64,000 nucleotides of DNA from Armatimonadota bacterium (GCA_037445735.1 JBBIJY010000004.1:60674-124673); one strand, 5' to 3'; positions 25,010 to 34,690 are shown, numbered from the stretch's first letter. Notes: generated by a model not told the origin, from the sequence alone. A program made the numbers and translations.

Positions 25010-27742
25010 ATGAGGCGGTTCTGCATATCGGAATGGGTTTTAAGCGTTATGCTGGTCGTCATGAGCCTGACGCCTTTATGGGGGCAGCGCGTGTACGATC
25101 CCTTCAGCCTTGCAGGTTGCTGCTGCCCCACCGATCAGGGCACCTGCGTCGAGAGACCAGTCAGTGATGATTACTTCGATATCAGTGTAACAAATGGCGT
25201 GCTGGGTGCCACTTTGGGGATAGATGGAACAGTTCAGTGGAATACAGCTTGCTTCCCGATGACCAATACGCGGTGCATCACGCTGCAGGCAGAGGGCAGT
25301 ATCCAGCTTGGAACCGCTGGCGGGACCAGCCTGCTGCGCAGTAATGATGATAATATCGCGATGACCTCTGGCTACCCATGGGCAGTCTATCCTGGTGGAA
25401 TTTATATCAGCATGCAGGAACGGCGTGGGAACCAGACGCGCACCTTCGTGTGGGGACGCGAACAGGGCGCTCCCAGCCTGATTTTCGATCGTGCCTGGCC
25501 GGGCGCCAGCGGTGTCTATATTCGCCGCCAGTGGTATGTGGAAGGCTGGAACACCGACATGCGTATCGAGCTGATTCAGTCGGTGGCGCGAATCGAGCTG
25601 CGCGTGCGCAACACTGGCACCGAATCGGCGTCGCTAGCGCTGCGTATGGCGTCCGATGTGGAGGTGGGTGTCGAGGAAGGCGTGGACCCGAACGGCGCGT
25701 CGCGACCCCCCTATGTCTATGTGCAGGGTCAGCGCCCCATCAGGGTAGATACCGATCTGCGCGGCGTGCAGGTGCCGCCTGCGGTGGAGTTCTATCTCTC
25801 ACGCGGCGATCTCAACGGCGCATCACGCTACATCCTGCGCCCGATGCCTGGCTTCGAAGATGCCACCCCCATCGACCGTCTGGTGTTCGGCGAGTGGTTC
25901 TTCATTCAGGCAACCACCAACTGGGAGCCGGTGCTGTTCCCCGACAGCTTTATCAGCGATGTGGCGATTAACATGTTTGTGAATCCGCGCAACTTCGCGC
26001 CGGGTCAAGAGCGTGTCTATGTGTTCTATGTGATGCTGACCCCTGTGGATATCGATGTGCAGCCGCCCCTGGCGGTGGGTGTGGAAACCTTACCCGTGAT
26101 TGAGCCGAATGAGCGCGACCTGTCCCAGCTGGCTAATGGAGGCGTGTTCGATGTGAATGTCTCGGTCACCAACATGTTCCATGTGGTGAACAAAGAGGTT
26201 GATCTCCGAAATGTGGCTGTCGATATTGCGCTGCCTTCAGGTTTGAGCCTTGCCCCGGGTGAAACGCGCACCAGGATTATTCCCAGCATTCCATCCGAGG
26301 CGACCCGACCCGTGAGCTGGCGGGTAATTGCTGACCCGAAGGCGGTGGGCTTTGCCACCATTCGTGTCTCGGTGAATGCGCCGCCCGCGCCGCCCAAGAC
26401 GGTCAGTCGCACCATCCTGATTTCCGCCACAGCGCGCCGCGAGCTGAAACGCGGATTCCAGATTATTTCTATCCCATTCACAACCACGGCGCCGCTGGTC
26501 GATGTGCTGGGTCTGCCAGAAGGCACTTACCTTGCCAAACGCTGGAACCCCAATCGGGAAGTGTACGAGACGGTGGATGTCCTGCAGCCTGGCATCGGCT
26601 TCTGGCTCTACCTGCCCAACGAGGGCACGACCATCACCATGAACAATGTATCTTTCTCTTCCAGCATGGCTTTCACCACCGGCGTGCCCATCCGCCTCAG
26701 CCGCGGATGGAACCAGATTGGCAATCCCTACCCGTATCCGCTGGTGCTGGGGCAGATTGTGGTGGTGAGCGCGAGCGATCCACGCACCAGCCTCAGCTTC
26801 TTCGAAGCTGCCCAGCGTGGGGTCATTCGCGGCGTCATTTACTACTGGGACGAGTTCTCTGCCGAATATAAGTTCACTTCCGACCCCAACACACCCCTGA
26901 TTCCGCACAGGGGCTACTGGATCAAGTGCAACGATGATATCGATCTGGTGTTCCCGCCGGTGTTCCTGCCGGGCACGGGGTTTGGCAGGTTGCCGAATCG
27001 GTCGGTCGATTCAGCGAATCGCCCCAACGAGTGGCGTCTGCAGCTGATTGCCCGCACCGAGCGCGGCGAGGATAGTCAGAACTATATCGGCATCACCAGC
27101 GGTCGCTCGACGGGTGAGGTGGAGGAGCCGCCAGCACCATTAGCCGAGGTGCCCGTGCGCCTGACCATTCTCAAATCGGGCACGAACACGCCGCTGATGC
27201 AGGATGTGCGTCCTGCCTCCGCCACACGCCACACCTTCGAACTGCTGGTGGAGGCGCCCGCGGGCACAGAAGTGAGCCTGCGTGCGCCCAATGTGCGCAC
27301 CGTGCCGCGCACCTACCGCCTGCGCCTGACCGATCAAAGCACAGGGCGCACGGTCGACCTGCGCAACACGCCCGAATATCGCTTTACCTCCAGCGGGCGC
27401 AACCGATTCACGCTGAGTGTGGAGCGCGGCGTGCGCGGTAGCGCGCTTATCACCAGCATCAGCGTGGGCGCAGTGGGGCGCGGCGCGAACAGCGTCAGCA
27501 TCTCCTATGTGCTGGCGCAGGACGCCCAGACCAATGTGCAGATTCTGGGCGCGGATGGACGCCTCATCGCCAGCCTGCAACAGGGACGCGCCGCCACACG
27601 CGGCGTGAACACTGTCGTCTGGAACCTGCGCGATAACGCCGGACGCGCGGTGCCACCCGGCACCTATCGCGTGCAGATCGAAGCCCGCGACTCCGACGGG
27701 CAAATCGCACGCGCGGTACGACCGCTGATCGTAACGCGCTAA
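25010..27742 (+). CDS. Secreted protein, unknown N-terminal domains, with shared C-terminal module
   Basis: Signal peptide, Cys-rich N-terminus, RGWNQIGNPYP, tail VVWNLRD..G..VPPGTY..ARAVRPLIVTR; GGAGG SD. Confidence 0.78.
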   Translation: MRRFCISEWVLSVMLVVMSLTPLWGQRVYDPFSLAGCCCPTDQGTCVERPVSDDYFDISVTNGVLGATLGIDGTVQWNTACFPMTNTRCITLQAEGSIQLGTAGGTSLLRSNDDNIAMTSGYPWAVYPGGIYISMQERRGNQTRTFVWGREQGAPSLIFDRAWPGASGVYIRRQWYVEGWNTDMRIELIQSVARIELRVRNTGTESASLALRMASDVEVGVEEGVDPNGASRPPYVYVQGQRPIRVDTDLRGVQVPPAVEFYLSRGDLNGASRYILRPMPGFEDATPIDRLVFGEWFFIQATTNWEPVLFPDSFISDVAINMFVNPRNFAPGQERVYVFYVMLTPVDIDVQPPLAVGVETLPVIEPNERDLSQLANGGVFDVNVSVTNMFHVVNKEVDLRNVAVDIALPSGLSLAPGETRTRIIPSIPSEATRPVSWRVIADPKAVGFATIRVSVNAPPAPPKTVSRTILISATARRELKRGFQIISIPFTTTAPLVDVLGLPEGTYLAKRWNPNREVYETVDVLQPGIGFWLYLPNEGTTITMNNVSFSSSMAFTTGVPIRLSRGWNQIGNPYPYPLVLGQIVVVSASDPRTSLSFFEAAQRGVIRGVIYYWDEFSAEYKFTSDPNTPLIPHRGYWIKCNDDIDLVFPPVFLPGTGFGRLPNRSVDSANRPNEWRLQLIARTERGEDSQNYIGITSGRSTGEVEEPPAPLAEVPVRLTILKSGTNTPLMQDVRPASATRHTFELLVEAPAGTEVSLRAPNVRTVPRTYRLRLTDQSTGRTVDLRNTPEYRFTSSGRNRFTLSVERGVRGSALITSISVGAVGRGANSVSISYVLAQDAQTNVQILGADGRLIASLQQGRAATRGVNTVVWNLRDNAGRAVPPGTYRVQIEARDSDGQIARAVRPLIVTR

Positions 27743-27797
27743 AGTTGACGGGGGTAGCCGTCAAAGCTGCCCCCAAACCGAACAGGGAGGCAAATCG

Positions 27798-28484
27798 GTG
27801 AAACGGACTGTTCTGACCGGGGCACTCATGATTCTGCTGCTCGCATGCGCGTTCGCCAGCACGCGCGAGCTGGTCATCTTCCCCTTCGGCATGAGCAGCG
27901 GCGTGCAGCAGCCGCAGGATTTCAACCTGAATACGGAGCTGACGAACGCGCTCTACGCCCAGCTGAAGGCGATCCCTGACCTGTATGTGATGCGCTTCAA
28001 GGAGACGAACCCCGCGGTGCGCCGTGCGCTGGATGAGAACCGCCTGCGCCGCGACCGTCTGAACCCGCCCTTTAATGTGCGTGAGGCGGACGGCACATGG
28101 CGCTCCGCCCGAATCGGGCAGATTCTGGGTGTGACCTACGCGCTGGCAGGCACCATCGAAGAGTTCCGCTATGACCCCAATACCCGAACGGCAACCATCA
28201 CGGTGAGCCTGGACCTGGTGCAGGTGTCGGACGGCGCCGTGCTGGTCTCACTGGCGGAGACGGGTCAGGGACGCCTGAGCGGCGATGACCCGAACACTGC
28301 CTATATAGCCGCGATTGCCGATGTCGCTAAGAAGCTGGGTGCGTCGTTGCAGCAGCGGTTGACCCCACCGGCGCCTGCCGAGCCACCCAGAACACCGAAA
28401 GCGTCCACCCGTCGCACGGAACGAGCCGCTGCTGCCCTTTTCGGATTGCTGATCTTGGTGGGGTTACGGCTCACCGTTTTCTAA
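27798..28484 (+). CDS. CsgG/TolB-N-like secreted protein with C-terminal hydrophobic anchor
   Basis: Signal AFA; LVIFPF..IGQILGV.YAL.GTI..I.VSLDLV.V.DG; Pro-rich linker, then RRTERAAAALFGLLILVGL. Confidence 0.6.
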   Translation: MKRTVLTGALMILLLACAFASTRELVIFPFGMSSGVQQPQDFNLNTELTNALYAQLKAIPDLYVMRFKETNPAVRRALDENRLRRDRLNPPFNVREADGTWRSARIGQILGVTYALAGTIEEFRYDPNTRTATITVSLDLVQVSDGAVLVSLAETGQGRLSGDDPNTAYIAAIADVAKKLGASLQQRLTPPAPAEPPRTPKASTRRTERAAAALFGLLILVGLRLTVF

Positions 28485-28487
28485 CGC

Positions 28488-30434
28488 ATGCGAATCGGGT
28501 TGTTGTGCAGGGCGCGTTTGAGCTGGGCAGGGAGTCTATGGCTGGCTCTCTGCCTGCTTGCTCATGGCGGTTCAGGCACCATTCGGCTCACGGCATATCC
28601 CACCGCGCTCGTGGCGGATGGGGCATCGTCCATCACGCTGACAGCCGAGGTACGCACCGCGCAGGGCAAACCGGTGCCTGACGGCACCCAGATCACTTTC
28701 AGCACCACGCTGGGCACGCTGCGCGAATCGGTGGTTCCTACTGAAGGCGGTGTGGCGCGCGCGACGCTGATTGCCAGCCAGCTGCCCGGCGTCGCGCTTG
28801 TCACCGCCACCGCGCTGGGGCAGGGGCTTGTGGCGCAAACGCAGGTGATGATGGTGCGCGACGCCAGCGAACTGCGCACCGCCACCGACTATGTGCAGGT
28901 GACCGCCCCCGACTATCTGGCTTACGCGAACGAACAGCGCGTGATTGCCGCCAGCGGGCGCGACAAAGGCGCAACCATCCAGTACGGCTTCATCCGAATC
29001 GAAGCCGACGACCTGCAACTGCTGGTGGACGACCTGCAGGTGAAAGCCCGCAACGCGGCGCTCCAGTATGGACCTGCCGCGCTCAGCTTCGATGAGCTTG
29101 CCTTCAACCTGCGCACGGGCGACGGTTATGGAACGGTTCAGCAGGAGGGGCGATGGCAGGTGATGCGCGTTCAGGGCGCTCAGGCGACCCCTGTGCAGGC
29201 GCCGCTTCCACCAGAGATGTTTCGCTTCGAGGACATCTCCCAATCGGAGATGGTCATCAAGGCGGAGCAGATATGGTTCTATCCGGGCGAGCGACTGCAG
29301 TTCCATCGTGCCGATTTTTATGTGGGTGCAGTGCGGGTGATGAGCCTGCCGCTCTATTCGCACAGCCTGTGGGGGGGCGGTGTGGGCACCGATACCCTGA
29401 TTGGCGTGCAGGGCGGTCAGCTCTATCTCGATCTGCCGTATTACTATGCGCTCAAGCCGGGTCAGGTAGGCGCGTTGCGGTTGCGCACGGCGCAGCGGGG
29501 CGGTCGCGGCGTCAGCAGCGCGCGCGGGCTGTTCCTGGATCTGGAGCATGAGTACCGTTTCGGGCTGGGCAGGGGGAGTTTCACGCTGTCCAGCCTTGCC
29601 CGTGAGGATTGGGGCGTCAGCTGGCGCCACTATCAGCCGCTGGGCGCGTCGATGCGCCTGAACCTGTGGCTCGACTCGCCCGCGCACAGGGGTCTGTTCG
29701 CCTCCGCGCAGCTGTCGCATCAGGGCAGGGGCTACTCCACCGGGCTGACGCTCGCGGGCAGCACCTTCTGGGAGGGCACTCGCGCCCGCACCCTGCGCAC
29801 CGAGTTCTATGTGGAGAGCAACCCGCGCAAGGTGACTAACTGGCCGCTGCGCCAGAGCGTCTCGCTGAATCTCAGCTCCGCGCGCACGCACCTGAGCGGT
29901 TCATCGGGCACGCGGCGCGACGGGGTGGGACTGCGCGCCCGCTGGACGCTCGTGCCGCTCGATCTGGACAGCCGTACCACACTGACAGGCGGGTTGAGCA
30001 TCGGGCGCTTTCTGGGCAACCTGCCGAACGCAGGCTGGGAACTGCTCGGCTCGCTGGGCATCTCGCATACGCTGGGCAGCGGCGCCCTCACGCTCACCTA
30101 CGACTACGCGCAGGACCCGCTCGGCATCAACCTGCTGGGACAGCACCGGCTGTCGGGCAGCCTCAACTGGGCAATTGGCGACCGCCTCTACGCCACCGCC
30201 TATGGCAGCCGCTCACTCGATCGGGACGCCACCAGCCTCATCGCCGACCTCTCATGGCGGCTGGGCACACGCTGGCGCATCGGCACGGGCATCACCTGGC
30301 AGCAGTTTCACGGCTCCGCTTTCCGCGACCAGACCTACACCATCGCCTATCGGCTCGGATTCCGCGAACTCGCGCTCACATGGTCCACTTTTAGCCGCCG
30401 CTGGAGCTTTGATCTGCTGACCGTTTTTTATTGA
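28488..30434 (+). CDS. Invasin-type Ig (Big_1) domain plus LptD-like outer-membrane beta-barrel protein
   Basis: LTA.P..LVADG.S..T.TAEV....G.PVPDGT..TF.TTLG; amphipathic Gly/aromatic-rich strands; terminal aromatic residues (VFY). Confidence 0.6.
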   Translation: MRIGLLCRARLSWAGSLWLALCLLAHGGSGTIRLTAYPTALVADGASSITLTAEVRTAQGKPVPDGTQITFSTTLGTLRESVVPTEGGVARATLIASQLPGVALVTATALGQGLVAQTQVMMVRDASELRTATDYVQVTAPDYLAYANEQRVIAASGRDKGATIQYGFIRIEADDLQLLVDDLQVKARNAALQYGPAALSFDELAFNLRTGDGYGTVQQEGRWQVMRVQGAQATPVQAPLPPEMFRFEDISQSEMVIKAEQIWFYPGERLQFHRADFYVGAVRVMSLPLYSHSLWGGGVGTDTLIGVQGGQLYLDLPYYYALKPGQVGALRLRTAQRGGRGVSSARGLFLDLEHEYRFGLGRGSFTLSSLAREDWGVSWRHYQPLGASMRLNLWLDSPAHRGLFASAQLSHQGRGYSTGLTLAGSTFWEGTRARTLRTEFYVESNPRKVTNWPLRQSVSLNLSSARTHLSGSSGTRRDGVGLRARWTLVPLDLDSRTTLTGGLSIGRFLGNLPNAGWELLGSLGISHTLGSGALTLTYDYAQDPLGINLLGQHRLSGSLNWAIGDRLYATAYGSRSLDRDATSLIADLSWRLGTRWRIGTGITWQQFHGSAFRDQTYTIAYRLGFRELALTWSTFSRRWSFDLLTVFY

Positions 30435-30450
30435 CGGGAGGGACTGCCCT

Positions 30451-30888
30451 GTGCGTTCGTCAACGGTCGCTGTATGGGTGTTGCGATTGCTCGGCGTGGG
30501 CTTTCTGGTATTCGGGCTGCTGTTCGCCTTCGCGCCGGCGGGCACCCTCGAATATTTTAACCGCTGGGGTCAGGCGCTGGGCTGGCAGGAGCCGATGCCC
30601 CTCGATGAGGGCGGACTCTGGCGGGTGCTGGCGGTTGCCTTCATGGTGATGGTGACGGTGCTGGCGTTCTGGGGCGCACAGCCGACTCCGGCGCGTCCCG
30701 CCCTGCTGATGGTGCTGACCCTCGGCAAGCTCAGTTCCTCCCTGCTGGCGCTGCTGTTCTACTGGCTGGTTGCTCCCCACTTTATCTACCTGCTCAACTT
30801 TGCGGTGGATGGCTCCATCGCGCTGATCGTGTTCTGGTGTCGGCAAGTGTTGCGAGGCGCCGATTCGGCGGGAGGGATTGCCCAATGA
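30451..30888 (+). CDS. Small integral membrane protein (about 4 TM)
   Basis: Four hydrophobic segments; stop overlaps the next start. Confidence 0.65.
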   Translation: MRSSTVAVWVLRLLGVGFLVFGLLFAFAPAGTLEYFNRWGQALGWQEPMPLDEGGLWRVLAVAFMVMVTVLAFWGAQPTPARPALLMVLTLGKLSSSLLALLFYWLVAPHFIYLLNFAVDGSIALIVFWCRQVLRGADSAGGIAQ

Positions 30889-31964
30889 GCGGTCCCGAAC
30901 TGGGCGATCCGCTGCTATGGAACCGTCCGCGCTGGTATGGGCAGTCGCCCTTCTACGAGGTCTACTTTCTCAAACTGAACCTGCCTGCAACGGGAAGCGG
31001 CACGGAACACGCCGACTGGCGCCATGCCCTCTGGATACGCTACACGCTGACCGCCACGAAGGGCGAGCCACCGACTGGCGAGGTGTGGGCGTTCATCTTC
31101 GATGCCCAGACGCCCGAATGCAATCAGGGTGCAAAGGGAGCAGCATCCCCTGCGGATGTGCGCTGGCAGGCGGAGTTCCCCATCCGGATCGGCGCGATAG
31201 GAGAACTGACGCACACAGGCGCCACAGGCACGCTGCTCGTGGGTGGGCAACCCCTGCAGTGGACGCTTCACTGGGAGCCTGCGCGGTCGGCAATCGGGCT
31301 GTTCCCGATGCGTTGGATGTATGGAGCGCGGTTTCCCCGTACTAAATATGTGTCGCCGCACTGGGATGTGCGCGTCAGCGGCATGCTTCGCTGGGGCGAC
31401 CAGAGCTGGCAGGTTCGGGACGCGCCCGCTCAGCAGGCGCATATCTGGGGTACCCGCTACGCCGAACGCTGGGTGTGGGCGCACTGCAACACCTTTGTCG
31501 ACGCGCCCGATGCCGTCTTCGAAGGGCTGGAGGTGCAGGTGCAGCTGGGGCGATGGCGAACGCCGCCGATGCGCATGCTCTACCTGCGCACCAGCGAAAT
31601 CCAGTTTTTCACCCGCCGCTGGCGAACCATCATCCAGAGGCGTGGCGGTCCTTCGCAAGTCTGGACTGCTGAAGCGCAGCTTCAGCAGTCCATAGGTCGA
31701 TGGCGATTCGATGCCATAGAGGGCAATCTGCGCCTGACAGGTGAGCTGGATGCCGAACCGTTCCAGATTCTGGGCGCGTGCTACACCGACCCTGACGGCT
31801 CGCGCCGATGGTGCCATAACACCAAAATCGGGCGTGCAACGCTTCAGCTCTTTCGGCGAGTGGGCAGCGGCTGGCAGATGGTTCGGAGCCTGCACGCGCA
31901 AAACAGCTGCGCGATTGAATGGGTGGAACCCGCGCCCGATGCGCGAATCGAGAAGTGGGTCTGA
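30885..31964 (+). CDS. Tocopherol cyclase/AttH-like fold protein
   Basis: FYEVYF..WIRYT and AHIWG.RYAERWVWAHCN motifs; ATG 30885. Confidence 0.55.
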   Translation: MSGPELGDPLLWNRPRWYGQSPFYEVYFLKLNLPATGSGTEHADWRHALWIRYTLTATKGEPPTGEVWAFIFDAQTPECNQGAKGAASPADVRWQAEFPIRIGAIGELTHTGATGTLLVGGQPLQWTLHWEPARSAIGLFPMRWMYGARFPRTKYVSPHWDVRVSGMLRWGDQSWQVRDAPAQQAHIWGTRYAERWVWAHCNTFVDAPDAVFEGLEVQVQLGRWRTPPMRMLYLRTSEIQFFTRRWRTIIQRRGGPSQVWTAEAQLQQSIGRWRFDAIEGNLRLTGELDAEPFQILGACYTDPDGSRRWCHNTKIGRATLQLFRRVGSGWQMVRSLHAQNSCAIEWVEPAPDARIEKWV

Positions 31965-31967
31965 ACG

Positions 31968-33848
31968 ATGACGGATATCCATCCTGTGCTGACGCGACTG
32001 GGACAGCATCTGTTCGGGCGGGACGGGCAGCTCGATTCAGAGGCGTGCGCAATATTCGGTCAGTGGCTGGCTCAGCTGGAGCCGGCGGTACGGCGGATGC
32101 TGACCGCCCTAATGGTTGCCTGCGATGCCCTGCCACTCATCTCGCCGTGCTGGAAGCCGCTGCGCTGGCTTTCGGACGAGGCGCTGACGCGCTTCGTGCA
32201 GGGAGTGCGCGATCCCTATCGCCTGCTGATCCTGCGGCTGGTGAAGGGGTTGTGTGGGGTGGCGTATCTTTCGGCGGAGGCGTTGAGCGAGCGTCTGGGT
32301 TATGGTGTCCAGCCTTACAAACAGCCGTATGCGCCGTTGCCGCCGGAGCTGCCCCTGCGTGTGGAGGTGCCTTCGGGTGGGTTCGAGGCGCGTTATGATG
32401 TGGTGATTGTGGGCACGGGCGCAGGCGGGGCAACGGTTGCCCGCCGTCTCTCGGAGGCGGGGTTGAACGTCGCGCTGGTGGAGGAGGGCGAGTTAGCCAC
32501 CCGCGCCCATACCCGGCTCCCTTTGCTGGAGCGGGCACGCCGCTTCTATCGCCAGAACGGCTTCACCGTTGCGCTGGGCATGCCACCCATCATCATGCCG
32601 ATGGGACGCACGGTAGGCGGCACAACAGTGGTCAACTCTGGCACTTGCTTTCGCACGCCGCGCTTCGTGCTGGAACGCTGGCAAAAGGAGTTCGGCGTTC
32701 AGGGGCTGGAGCCAGCGGTGCTGGAACCCCTCTTTGAGTGGATCGAGCAGGAGCTTCGGATCGCGCCTGTTGCCGACGAGGTGCTGGGCGGGAACGGGCA
32801 GGTGGTTCGGCGGGGAGCGGAGCGGCTGAAGGTGCGCCATCAGCCGCTGAATCGCCCGCAGCGCGACTGTCATGGCACGGGCGTGTGCGCCCTTATCTGC
32901 CCGCGCGACGCGAAGCTCGACATGCGCTTCAGCATGCTGCTGCCCGCCCAGCAACACGGCGCCACCATCTTCGCCAGCTGTCACGTGGAGCGCGTGCTGT
33001 TTGACGGCGAGCGCGCGGTGGGGGTGGAGGGAACGGTGCTGAACGGCAACGGACGCTTCCAGATATGGGCGAAGGAGGTGGTGCTGTGTGCGGGCGCGAT
33101 CCACACGCCCTGGCTGCTCCATCGGTCAGGGGTTCACCACCCGCGCATCGGGCATAACCTGCACATCCACCCTTCGGCGAGCGTGTTTGCCCGCATGCCA
33201 GAGCCTGTCAGGGCGTGGAGCGGCGTGATGCAGTCATACGGCGTCACGGAATGGATAGAGCAGGGCACGCTGATCGAGGCGACTTTTCCACCGCTGGCGA
33301 TTGGCTACGGTCTTCATCCGCTGCCCTTCTGGGGTTCGGAACATCGCCGCCTGCTGGAGGATGTCGCGCATCTGACGGGGGTCGGCGTGCTGACGGCAGA
33401 CGAGCGGAGTGAGGGGCGCGTGCTGCACCTGCCAGGCGCCAGTGAACCCGTGATTGTGTATCGCTTGCATCGGGCAGACGCCCAGCGTATACTGGAAGGG
33501 ATGACGCGCGCGGCGCAGGTCTTCTTTGCGGGCGGCGCGGAGCGCGTCTACACCGATTTGCCCGGCGCGGAACAGCTCCGCACACCCGACGAGCTGGATT
33601 GCCTGCTGAAGAGCAACGCCCGTTTGCTGAACCTGAGCGCGTACCATCCCGGCGGTACATGCTGTATGGGTGAGGACGAGCGGCGCTGCCCGGTGGACAG
33701 CTTCGGGCGTGTGCGTGGGCGCACCCATCTGTGGGTTGCCGACGCCTCGCTGATCCCCACACCGACGGTGGTCAACCCGCAAATTACCATCATGATGCTG
33801 GCGGCGCGAGTGGCAGATGCTCTCGTAGCACGGGCATCCTGCCTGTGA
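31968..33848 (+). CDS. GMC family oxidoreductase (long-chain alcohol oxidase-like)
   Basis: IVGTGAGG, VGGTTVVNSG, C...G.C...CP, SAYHP.GTC.MG, VADAS..P....VNPQ.TIM. Confidence 0.9.
   Translation: MTDIHPVLTRLGQHLFGRDGQLDSEACAIFGQWLAQLEPAVRRMLTALMVACDALPLISPCWKPLRWLSDEALTRFVQGVRDPYRLLILRLVKGLCGVAYLSAEALSERLGYGVQPYKQPYAPLPPELPLRVEVPSGGFEARYDVVIVGTGAGGATVARRLSEAGLNVALVEEGELATRAHTRLPLLERARRFYRQNGFTVALGMPPIIMPMGRTVGGTTVVNSGTCFRTPRFVLERWQKEFGVQGLEPAVLEPLFEWIEQELRIAPVADEVLGGNGQVVRRGAERLKVRHQPLNRPQRDCHGTGVCALICPRDAKLDMRFSMLLPAQQHGATIFASCHVERVLFDGERAVGVEGTVLNGNGRFQIWAKEVVLCAGAIHTPWLLHRSGVHHPRIGHNLHIHPSASVFARMPEPVRAWSGVMQSYGVTEWIEQGTLIEATFPPLAIGYGLHPLPFWGSEHRRLLEDVAHLTGVGVLTADERSEGRVLHLPGASEPVIVYRLHRADAQRILEGMTRAAQVFFAGGAERVYTDLPGAEQLRTPDELDCLLKSNARLLNLSAYHPGGTCCMGEDERRCPVDSFGRVRGRTHLWVADASLIPTPTVVNPQITIMMLAARVADALVARASCL
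33825..33847 (+). repeat. GTAG-type REP-like palindrome inside the GMC gene 3' end
   Basis: GTAG-CACGGGCA-TCC-TGCCTGTG. Confidence 0.45.
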
Positions 33849-33857
33849 GCATCGGGT

Positions 33858-34690
<833 letters not shown>

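Noticed and set aside
27740-27764. Sigma28-like promoter TAAA..GCCGTCAA
   Set aside because: The spacer is 13 nt rather than about 15 and the -10 element deviates from GCCGATAA.
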